Below are positions 55,627-64,000 of a stretch of DNA of 64,000 nt, one piece after another. How positions within the stretch are numbered: the stretch's first letter is position 1; each line of letters opens with the position of its first letter. Below the pieces are notes generated by a model, which had not been told where the DNA came from, did not search any database, and saw nothing but the letters and a program-made list of their open reading frames with translations. The translations under genes were made by a program, and so were the position numbers. Origin of the DNA: Candidatus Poribacteria bacterium (GTDB taxonomy: Bacteria > Poribacteria > WGA-4E > WGA-3G); assembly GCA_958295815.1 (NCBI GenBank), contig OY282374.1, positions 311,416-375,415 of the forward strand, in the 5' to 3' direction.

Positions 55627-57132
55627 CTACACTTCACTTTTAACAAAAATCAGAAATATGATAATGAACAGAACGACATTAATCATGAGCAGTAAACACA
55701 CGTCCGGTATCGCTCGCTTTGCATTTATGTTGATGTCATCTCTTTGAAATGAGAACTGAGGCAGACCGCTCCAATCCGCCGCCCCCTTGTCCCCAGAGAA
55801 CCATTGTCTCGATTCAAACACTTTATTATCGTAAAAATAGCTAATTACGCTTTGTCTATATTGTCTCGCATCGTGAAAGAAATCTCTGATCCCGAGCAAA
55901 TCGGTTCCTGCCCACGCTTGCGTTGCAGCATCGTACAAACCTACAGGCGAGAGTTTCAACCAGATTCTCTCCATATTTGCGGGTTGAATGAAAATTTCTT
56001 CGAGTGTGGGCTTTCGGATGAGCCATGTTCGATCCGCTGCGTCAATAGTCTGCGCGCCAAGGAAACCAAAATGTTTCTGGGCGTGAGGCATCTTGGGTTC
56101 ATCTTCTTCACCAAATCCTTCGAAATCCATAGTACTTCTATAGGTGTAAGATAGCGTCCGGGCATTATCCAAAAAATAAGCACCGCGCGAACCCCATCCT
56201 TTTAACTCATAACCCCAATCTTCTCCTGGGAAATCGTCGGTAGCAAGGTAGTGTTTACGCTCTCTGTCAAATGTGTCCCAGATACTTTCAATTTGGTTGA
56301 AAGCGGATGTTCTGAGAGCATCTGGAGCCTCTGGACGTGGGGTCACAGTGAGAATCACATTTGGGTAGACTAAGACCAAAAAGCCCCAAATAAACATTGA
56401 CGACATCAAGGCAGTACTTGTTCGGCGAGTTGCCGCTGAAATCAGCAATCCGATGAGGTAGAATACGGAAAGATACGCAATGGATGTGAAAATAATACCA
56501 CCGATGCGAAGAAAATCATTATTATTCAGGGATATGGAGGCGGATGTCGTCAGCAAAATTGTCGCGAGGAGCAAACTCATCAACAATGGCACAATTAGGC
56601 AGAGCATTGCACTAATGTATTTAGCAACCAATATTTCTCCTCGTCCAATAGCATGCGTCAAGACTAAACGCAGTGTTCCGCTTTCGTATTCTCCCGCGAA
56701 TGCATTATACGCGAAAATTAGTGCTAACAGACTCAGGATTACCTCAAAGATAAAAACAATATCCATTGAAGCAAACATATCCATAAACGGATTTGCAGAC
56801 TCGTGCATGTTAGCATCCCACAGCGACGGCACCGATCCGTGAGAGATCCGTACTTCGTTGCCAAGACGCTTGTCAAACCCAACATTGAAAATACTCAATG
56901 GGTTAGGGGGGCGGTCAACGCGCACTGCACCGGCGGAATAGGTAATTTTTTCTTGCAGTTGACGTTGATGCATTTTGACAGCCTCGTTATGACTTGCCAA
57001 ACGTCGTTCATAATCCGTAATCAACACAAAGGTATTGGCAACTACAAGCAGCAGCATGATGAAGACTGCTGCTGCGAATCGAAATGTCATAAGGTTGTCG
57101 AGTGTTTCTCGACGGATAAGTGTTCCTATCAT
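55627..57132 (-). CDS. ABC-2/NosY-like membrane protein, type B paralog (pair 6)
   Basis: MIGTLIRRETLDNLMTFRF; AGEYESGTLRL; LSPVGLYDAATQAWAGTDL; ends KSEV. Confidence 0.75.
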   Translation of the reverse strand: MIGTLIRRETLDNLMTFRFAAAVFIMLLLVVANTFVLITDYERRLASHNEAVKMHQRQLQEKITYSAGAVRVDRPPNPLSIFNVGFDKRLGNEVRISHGSVPSLWDANMHESANPFMDMFASMDIVFIFEVILSLLALIFAYNAFAGEYESGTLRLVLTHAIGRGEILVAKYISAMLCLIVPLLMSLLLATILLTTSASISLNNNDFLRIGGIIFTSIAYLSVFYLIGLLISAATRRTSTALMSSMFIWGFLVLVYPNVILTVTPRPEAPDALRTSAFNQIESIWDTFDRERKHYLATDDFPGEDWGYELKGWGSRGAYFLDNARTLSYTYRSTMDFEGFGEEDEPKMPHAQKHFGFLGAQTIDAADRTWLIRKPTLEEIFIQPANMERIWLKLSPVGLYDAATQAWAGTDLLGIRDFFHDARQYRQSVISYFYDNKVFESRQWFSGDKGAADWSGLPQFSFQRDDININAKRAIPDVCLLLMINVVLFIIIFLIFVKSEV

Positions 57133-57138
57133 TTTATA

Positions 57139-58551
57139 TTATACCTCAACGCGCACAAATGCGAGATAAGCCCCTGACAGAAGTACGACGACAAACAATG
57201 TTAGCAGTGCCAACTCCGTTGCGGCGGTATTGAAATCCTTGCTGAGATCAAGCGTGTCTTCAAATTTTGGAATCGCCTCTGGACTGACAGGCTTCTGTGA
57301 CATACCCTTACGAATACCATAAATATGAAGGCTCTCTGGATCCGCTTGATCGGTATCAGCGATGAATGTCCTATATTGCTGAGCGTAGGATTGTACATTC
57401 TCCAAGAATTGCAAATGCCGCTCGAAACCTGTTCCAGCAAAAGATTCGAGCAGATGCTGAACAATCGTAACAGGTGAGATACGAATTACGGCTCGCACTC
57501 GGCTCATTTGAGAAATCTGTTGTTTTAAGAGTTCTTCGTGCAAGCGTTGCTGCGCCTCAGCGTCTTTAGCAACGTACGCCCCACCCAACTCTATTCTTTT
57601 CGTCGAGTCTTTAGGCTCCTCAAACCAGCGAGAGAAGAATTCAGCTTCACTTTCACGCTTAAGTTGCCAAGACCGTTCGTAAAACTCATCAGAGGACATG
57701 GGCGATGAAAGACCACCAACGATGGAAGCGAGCGTATTTGGCATAGACACAACAAAAACAACCCATACCAGCAGAAGTATCACAAGACTCACAGCACTCC
57801 GCTGCACACGGGCAGACACTAATAAACCCAACGCGAGAAAAAGACACATGTATAGCAGTGCAATAAGGAAGATGATACCTAAACGTCCCCACGCTTCAGT
57901 GCTGAGATGAACATCGTTTGCTGTGGAAATCACCAACAGATTCAATAACACCGAAAGTGCAAAAGGGATAGTGATACTTATTAATGTTCCTAATAGCTTA
58001 CCGATCAGTGCCGTGTGTCGTGGCACAGAATTCGCCAACATCAATCGTAGCGTGCCGCGTTCGCGTTCACCGGAGATCGCATCAAACGTGAACAACAAAG
58101 CCACGAGGCTTAAGACGTAGCCGATGATAAATCCCCAATCTACCTTGATAACATCTGGACTGATATTTCTCAAATTGGGAGTAATCGGTGGATATGCCAG
58201 TATCCAGAAACTTTCAAGGTCGTCCATACCCCAACGGCCGAAACCGCCTTCCACATTATCTGGCAAAAAGGTTTCTCCGCCTTCTGCACAAAAGCGCAGA
58301 GGTGATGGTTTTTTGGGAAGACGTCCAGGACCTTGCTCCGCAAGTTTATATAAACTATCAGCAGCGGAGGATTCTAAGCGATTCTCATGTCTGACAACAG
58401 TATCGCGATAATTTTGTAACTGCTTTGGATGCTCTCGGAGATGCATAACGGCATTGGTCAACATCAAGCCGAGCAGCAACACTGTTGTCAGCGCGAAGCG
58501 AAGGCTATTGAGGTTATCGTAGAGTTCACGTTTTGTGATATGCCAAATCAT
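57139..58551 (-). CDS. ABC-2/NosY-like membrane protein, type A paralog (pair 7)
   Basis: MIWHITKRELYDNLNSLRFAL; SGERERGTLRL; ISPVTIVQHLLESFAGTGFERH; ends RVEV. Confidence 0.75.
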   Translation of the reverse strand: MIWHITKRELYDNLNSLRFALTTVLLLGLMLTNAVMHLREHPKQLQNYRDTVVRHENRLESSAADSLYKLAEQGPGRLPKKPSPLRFCAEGGETFLPDNVEGGFGRWGMDDLESFWILAYPPITPNLRNISPDVIKVDWGFIIGYVLSLVALLFTFDAISGERERGTLRLMLANSVPRHTALIGKLLGTLISITIPFALSVLLNLLVISTANDVHLSTEAWGRLGIIFLIALLYMCLFLALGLLVSARVQRSAVSLVILLLVWVVFVVSMPNTLASIVGGLSSPMSSDEFYERSWQLKRESEAEFFSRWFEEPKDSTKRIELGGAYVAKDAEAQQRLHEELLKQQISQMSRVRAVIRISPVTIVQHLLESFAGTGFERHLQFLENVQSYAQQYRTFIADTDQADPESLHIYGIRKGMSQKPVSPEAIPKFEDTLDLSKDFNTAATELALLTLFVVVLLSGAYLAFVRVEV

Positions 58552-58673
58552 TATGGGGTTCTCGGTTGTGGGTACGGCGACTGCGTCGCCTTTGAGTCGT
58601 GAGTTAAATCCTGTCTCTTAACTCATAACTCATGACCCAAAGGGTTGCGCAGCAACCCGTACTTATAACTATT
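58552..58673. repeat. Type-2 intra-pair intergenic element (shortened copy)
   Basis: GGCGACTGCGTCGCC at 58576-58590 and GGGTTGCGCAGCAACCC at 58642-58658. Confidence 0.8.
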
Positions 58674-60179
58674 CTACACTTCACTTTTGACGAAGATCAG
58701 AAATATTACGATGAAAAGAACGGCGTTAATCATGAACAAAATAGATACGTATGGTAGTGCTCGCTTAGCATTTGTATCAACATCAACCCGTTGAAAGAAA
58801 AACCGTGGGAGACTGTCCCAATCTGGTGTGTCTTTATCTCCAGCGAACCATTGTCGAGACGCAAAAACCTTTTCATTGTGATAATGGTTAACCACTTGCT
58901 GTCTGTATTCTCTCGCCGCCTCGAAAAAGTCTCGGATCCCATTTAAATCGGTTCCTGCCCAGGCTTGTGTTGCTGCGTCATACAGCCCTGCTGGTGAGAG
59001 TTTCAACCAAACTCTTTCCATATTTGTGGGTTGGACTAAGATTTCCTCAAGAGCGGGCATTCGGATAAGCCATGTTTTCTCTGCTGTGTCTGTAACGCGT
59101 GGGCCGAGGAACCCATAATAATTTTGGGCGTGAGGTACTCGAGATTCAGCGTCCTTAACAAGTTCTTTCATGTGTAGAGCACTATGATAAACATACCATA
59201 GTGATGATGAACTTCCGTAAGAGTATTCGTTATACCATCCAGACGCCATCATTTCAAAAGTCGTCTTCTCTCCTGGGAAGGCATCATTTATGAGGAACTG
59301 TTTGCGTTCTCTGTCGAATTCTTCCCAAGTCTGCTCAATTTGGCTGTAAGCGGATGCAACACGTGCTTTTGGTGCCTCAGGTCGTGGGATGGCTGCAAGG
59401 ATCATATTTGGATAGACCAGCACCAAAAATCCCCATGCGAACATTGACAGCATCAATGCGGTACTCGTTCGGCGGGTTGCCACTGAAATCAATATGCCGA
59501 TGAGATAGAATACCGACAAGTACACAACGGAGGTCAAAATGATGCCACCAATCCGTAGAAAATCATCTGTATTCAGAGAGATAGAGGTGGAGGTCGTTAG
59601 CAAGATTACTGCGAGGAGCAGGCTCATCAGCAGGGGCACGAGCAGGCAAAGCATCGCACTAATGTATTTGGCGAGTAAGATATATCCGCGACGGACGGAG
59701 TGCGTCAAGACTAAACGTAATGTACCACGTTCATATTCCCCAGCAAGGGCATCGTAGGCGAAAATCAGTGCCAGCAGACTCAGGATAGCCTCAAAGATAA
59801 ACACGACATCCATTGAGGCGAACATGCCCATAAATGAATTCGTTGAACCATGACTGCCAGCATCCCACAACGTCGGGACATACCTGTGTGATACTTCAAC
59901 CTCATTTCCGAGCCGCTTATCGAACCCGACATTAAATATGCTCAATGGGTTAGGAGGGCGATCAACTTCCAATTTTCCAGCGGAATAGGTTAGTTTTTCC
60001 TGCAGTTGCTGCTGATGGGTTTTGAGAGCGGTGTTGTAGTCTGCTAATCGATTTTCGTAGTCTTTAATGAGCACAACGGTATTGGCAACTACCAGCAACA
60101 GCATAATCAAAACAGCTGCTGCGAAGCGGAAAGTCATCAGATTGTCGAGGAGTTCGCGGCGGATGAGTGTTGTTAGCAT
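58674..60179 (-). CDS. ABC-2/NosY-like membrane protein, type B paralog (pair 7, first gene of the array)
   Basis: MLTTLIRRELLDNLMTFRF; AGEYERGTLRL; LSPAGLYDAATQAWAGTDL; ends KSEV. Confidence 0.75.
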   Translation of the reverse strand: MLTTLIRRELLDNLMTFRFAAAVLIMLLLVVANTVVLIKDYENRLADYNTALKTHQQQLQEKLTYSAGKLEVDRPPNPLSIFNVGFDKRLGNEVEVSHRYVPTLWDAGSHGSTNSFMGMFASMDVVFIFEAILSLLALIFAYDALAGEYERGTLRLVLTHSVRRGYILLAKYISAMLCLLVPLLMSLLLAVILLTTSTSISLNTDDFLRIGGIILTSVVYLSVFYLIGILISVATRRTSTALMLSMFAWGFLVLVYPNMILAAIPRPEAPKARVASAYSQIEQTWEEFDRERKQFLINDAFPGEKTTFEMMASGWYNEYSYGSSSSLWYVYHSALHMKELVKDAESRVPHAQNYYGFLGPRVTDTAEKTWLIRMPALEEILVQPTNMERVWLKLSPAGLYDAATQAWAGTDLNGIRDFFEAAREYRQQVVNHYHNEKVFASRQWFAGDKDTPDWDSLPRFFFQRVDVDTNAKRALPYVSILFMINAVLFIVIFLIFVKSEV

Positions 60180-60567
60180 TATGTTCCTCTACCTATAGTT
60201 TACCAGTTTCGCGTTTTTTGAGCGAATGCAAAATGTCTGTACTGAGACGCCTCAAACCTCACCAGCAAGTCTTGTTGTGCGGACTTTAGAAGATGTTTAA
60301 TCTGCGGTGCTAATACGTTATAACCTAATCTACTTCTTTTTCTTCATTATAGAACGGGTGCCGCGAACTAACAGTTTACGCTACAATACCCTTTCATTGA
60401 ACTCACGTTAATATAAAGACACAGTTTTGTGATGGAAAGGATGCATAAATTTGATGCTACTGAATTTTTATGTTAACTACGTGGGTGGATGCATAGTATA
60501 GGCGCACGAAGGGTGAAGCAGGATTATGAAGTGATGATGGTAAAAGGGTGGTTAGGAAAGGAAAAAG

Positions 60568-60641
60568 TGGGCTTACCTGGAATCGAACCAGGGACCTCGC
60601 GCTTATCAGGCGCGCGCTCTAACCGTCTGAGCTATAAGCCC
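60568..60641 (-). tRNA. tRNA-Ile (anticodon GAU)
   Basis: The minus strand folds by hand into a cloverleaf: GGGCTTA-TA-GCTC-AGACGGTTA-GAGC-G-CGCGC-CTGATAA-GCGCG-AGGTC-CCTGG-TTCGATT-CCAGG-TAAGCCC-A. The anticodon loop is CUGAUAA. CCA is not encoded. Confidence 0.9.
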
Positions 60642-60765
60642 ACAAGGAATGTCTTGCGGAGGATAGATGTTTAAGAGAGAACATCTTCGTATTTACTTGT
60701 CAAAAGACAATGTTAATTATACACGCTAAGAGAGGGGTTGTCAAGTTAATTTGTTACTGATTTTC

Positions 60766-61563
60766 TTATGGAAAGTATGTTATTCTTTTCCCAATTGTTT
60801 CAGATGCATCAACGTATTTAGCCAGATCACGCAACGCAATAACGGCAGAGCAATTGTCCCGAAGATAATCCATGTATGTTTTAAACAACTCAGGAGAAGT
60901 ATCGACCCATGGGTGTTCAAGGGCAGGTACACCGTGAAACGTCAGAACGGCGATTTTCCCATCTTTCGCCTGTTCAACCGCCCAGACCAAATCCTCGAAC
61001 CCCCAGTTCGGACCGGGAACACCTGCTGACGGAACGACCAACGGGTGATGGACATCCGGATCGTAAGCCGGTCCACGTCCGCCCTCTGGATGAAATGGAA
61101 ACTCCGGTCCAATACCACACCGCGCGAAATGATACCCTTTTTCTGACAACACTTCTATCGCTTCAGGTCCGCGACAATCCGCCGGATAGCCAAAGGTCTC
61201 AGGAACAGGGATACCGTATTCTTCGCACCGTTCATCGATGTGTATCAAGTCTGCCAGCAATTCCTCTTTCGATTGTGTGTTGGTATGCTTATGATGACGG
61301 GTGTGGTTACCGATCTCAAAACCCTCGTCGTGCAACTCACGGATCTCTTCCCATGTGACATAGTGTGCCTTGCTGTTGAGGAAATTTAGACCTTCAGTGA
61401 TGAAAAACGTTGCCCCAAAACCGTACTGCTTCAGCAACGGTCCAACGTAAGTATAATCCGACTTGTTACCGTCGTCAAAGGTGAGGACAACCAATCCATC
61501 GGGGATGGGTTGCAAGGTTTCAGCTTCAGATAATCCGTGATTCTCTTTTTTCATTTTTTTCAC
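60766..61563 (-). CDS. Polysaccharide deacetylase (NodB-type) family protein
   Basis: VVLTFDDGNKSDY and GNHTRHHKH motifs; 265 aa. Confidence 0.7.
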   Translation of the reverse strand: MKKMKKENHGLSEAETLQPIPDGLVVLTFDDGNKSDYTYVGPLLKQYGFGATFFITEGLNFLNSKAHYVTWEEIRELHDEGFEIGNHTRHHKHTNTQSKEELLADLIHIDERCEEYGIPVPETFGYPADCRGPEAIEVLSEKGYHFARCGIGPEFPFHPEGGRGPAYDPDVHHPLVVPSAGVPGPNWGFEDLVWAVEQAKDGKIAVLTFHGVPALEHPWVDTSPELFKTYMDYLRDNCSAVIALRDLAKYVDASETIGKRITYFP

Positions 61564-61577
61564 CTAACAGTTAAACC

Positions 61578-62468
61578 TTACTCAGCAGGTTTTGTCCTCC
61601 TACGTCGATGATAAGACGGTTGGATGTTCATGTCAATTGAATTCCAGTAATACTTCAGCGAGTCGTGTGTTTCCCATTCCGAATAGACTTCTTCCCATTT
61701 CGCGCAGCCCAGATGAACGCTGAGAGCATCTTCATCAACAGGTTCATTGACCGACTGGTAGCGAGCACTCGTTGCGAGTCGTATGCGATCCTGGGTCATG
61801 TTGTCACGACCGCGGTGAATCGTTAAGCTGTGAAACATGAGAACATCTCCACACTTGAAGGGGTTCCATACCCATTCCGTCCTGTCTTCGAGCAGTTTCC
61901 ATGAACGGACGTCGTTGTCCTTTAGGAACCCGCGGCGGTTCGATCCACGTGCTATCGCTAAGCCTCCCAATTCGGCATCACAGTCTCCGAGTGGTGTCCA
62001 CACGGTCCACGTATCCTGCGTACCGCGAACCGGATGGAAGTCCTGATGCGGCGGAGTGGTATACTGATGTTCTCCTGGGAAGATGGCGTGACAGATGTGA
62101 CGCGGATGGACGAAAACAGGGGTGCCGAATAGGACTTCCAAAACATGCAAGATACGCTCGTGATGCGGAAGAGCGTGGAAAAGTCGGAGTTTCTGGATGT
62201 CAATGTAGAAACGTCTGAAAGTTTCGGATCCATCCTGTTCACAGATGAAGACGCCTCTTCTGCGGATAGCGGCATCGGGATGGGTATCTGGTTCAAGGAG
62301 TTCGTGCTGATCTGCCACACGAAGTACCTGTTTGCGTAGTTCAAGCACCAGCTCTGCAGGGAGTAGCTTGGAAAAAAATAAATATCCGTTCTGGCGACCG
62401 TGCTCAAGAAGCCGATCACGATCGTCGATCAAGTCTGTGCAGTCTGCGAATGGCGATTCGGCGTGCAT
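61578..62468 (-). CDS. Phytanoyl-CoA dioxygenase (PhyH) family Fe(II)/2-oxoglutarate oxygenase
   Basis: HQDF (H-x-D) facial-triad motif and a distal HSLTIHRGRDN; 296 aa. Confidence 0.65.
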   Translation of the reverse strand: MHAESPFADCTDLIDDRDRLLEHGRQNGYLFFSKLLPAELVLELRKQVLRVADQHELLEPDTHPDAAIRRRGVFICEQDGSETFRRFYIDIQKLRLFHALPHHERILHVLEVLFGTPVFVHPRHICHAIFPGEHQYTTPPHQDFHPVRGTQDTWTVWTPLGDCDAELGGLAIARGSNRRGFLKDNDVRSWKLLEDRTEWVWNPFKCGDVLMFHSLTIHRGRDNMTQDRIRLATSARYQSVNEPVDEDALSVHLGCAKWEEVYSEWETHDSLKYYWNSIDMNIQPSYHRRRRTKPAE

Positions 62469-62483
62469 TAAAATTGTTCCTTC

Positions 62484-63173
62484 TCACTTTTTAAGTTCAC
62501 CCCATGTGACAGGTAGGGAATCATTGGGATCTATCGCAAAACTGTGCCCCACGGTTGTAACTAATAGATTGTCATACAGGGAATGTTCACCACCACCGGC
62601 TCTGAAGCCTATGCCGCCCTGGTCATGGGTTTTATCGTTCCACGTGCAAGATAATTCCAGTTCCTCACCCTGTTCACCCAGGTAGAGATCGTAACGGTCA
62701 CCTTCAGCAACTATCTTTATTGTATACCATTTGCCAAGCTCAGGTTGCACACCTGATTCATTATCCAACTTATCATCATCTTTAACAATATACGCACCGC
62801 CGACTCTCGTAAACCACCAAAATTGATTACGATTATCTGCAACAACTTGAACCAGCGTACAATTGTTTATATCTTTCCCACGTACGACCCAATTCGATGC
62901 CCATAGCGGATTTATCATGTGAAAATCGACATAGAATTCAAAGTCAGTGAAGTCGTCTTTGACACTAATCCCCACTTCTCCGCCGTTAACGACGAGTGCT
63001 TCATCATCTATGGACCAGGAGGCTGCAGGTATCCATTTACCCTTGTCAATGTCTTTTTTATTAAAGTCATCTTCAAATAGCACTTCACTAACACAAAAAG
63101 GCGCGTATATTGAGATGAGTGTAAATAAAAAGAATGTAAAGATGCTGAATCTCATTGCTTTTGATTTTATCAT
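62484..63173 (-). CDS. DUF1080 (3-keto-disaccharide hydrolase-like, LamG fold) secreted protein
   Basis: FEDDFNKKDIDKGKW...WSIDDEALVVNGG...DFEFYVDF...GGIGFRAGGGEHSLYDNLLV. Start chosen at MIKSKAMRFSIFTFFLF (signal peptide); the ORF extends to 63266. Confidence 0.6.
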   Translation of the reverse strand: MIKSKAMRFSIFTFFLFTLISIYAPFCVSEVLFEDDFNKKDIDKGKWIPAASWSIDDEALVVNGGEVGISVKDDFTDFEFYVDFHMINPLWASNWVVRGKDINNCTLVQVVADNRNQFWWFTRVGGAYIVKDDDKLDNESGVQPELGKWYTIKIVAEGDRYDLYLGEQGEELELSCTWNDKTHDQGGIGFRAGGGEHSLYDNLLVTTVGHSFAIDPNDSLPVTWGELKK

Positions 63174-63510
63174 AATTTTTCCTTCTTGTTCGGGACACGA
63201 CACAAGAGCCCGAATAAATTCGGGCATCCAGACAATAGACCTCTTTTTGTTCAAAGTCATCGACAAAAAGAATCTTGGCGTTTGCGATGCCGAATGTGGT
63301 TAAAAATCGGACTTAAAAGGCTCTTTTTATGAACACAATTCTAAGGAAATTCAGATTGAGATATAAGGGGAAATCGGATTGGTTAGTATAGCAATAAGAT
63401 TGCTGTATCCTGTAGAGAAAATGTTCTTGAAAGTTAAATAGTTTGGGTGCGTGTCTTCTAAGGTAAAGAGCTGTGAACAGATGAATTGTGTTAGAACACA
63501 TCTGTTAATG

Positions 63511-64000
<490 letters not shown>

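Noticed and set aside
41843-60179. Possible CRISPR array or other short-repeat locus, given the strong periodic repetition
   Set aside because: The period is ~3 kb and consists of long intact ORFs. The short conserved elements are 120-150 bp with internal palindromes and are separated by genes, not by 25-40-bp spacers. No cas genes are present.
60489-60674. 61-aa plus-strand ORF
   Set aside because: It overlaps the antisense strand of the tRNA-Ile gene and has no independent coding evidence.

Overview
This 64-kb window comes from a bacterial chromosome, probably an uncultured lineage. Genes use AGGAG-type ribosome-binding sites, and one secreted protein carries a T9SS/FlgD-like C-terminal sorting domain. 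Clear housekeeping genes are purB, ileS, rpsT, rsmB, thiE, thiD, murJ, hisF, a class IV aminotransferase, a partial 16S rRNA gene and tRNA-Ile(GAU). They are interleaved with accessory content.

The dominant feature is a set of 14 intact minus-strand paralogs of ABC-2/NosY-like membrane proteins, arranged as seven A/B heteropairs. Six pairs are contiguous (41843-60179). The seventh (19456-22518) sits directly downstream of purB. No ABC ATPase (Walker A) gene is visible anywhere in the window. Within a pair, B and A are separated by conserved 116-153 bp elements with perfect palindromes and heptamer repeats. Between pairs the gaps are only 3-6 nt.

Other notable signals:
- A candidate Ile-rich leader peptide with a terminator and antiterminator lies upstream of a type-2 ileS.
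- A 7.4-kb envelope module (two binding-protein/OmpA fusions, a VWA protein, a membrane coiled-coil protein and a 601-aa unknown) is bracketed by 56-bp direct repeats derived from the 3' end of the adjacent DUF4159 gene.
- The 16S gene is separated from tRNA-Ile by three protein-coding genes, and no 23S gene follows.
- A 114/115-bp tandem duplication and a shared upstream element sit at thiE and thiD.
- Two toxin-antitoxin pairs and several dispersed REP-like and heptamer repeat families are present.

All family calls come from motif recognition by eye. No database search was run.
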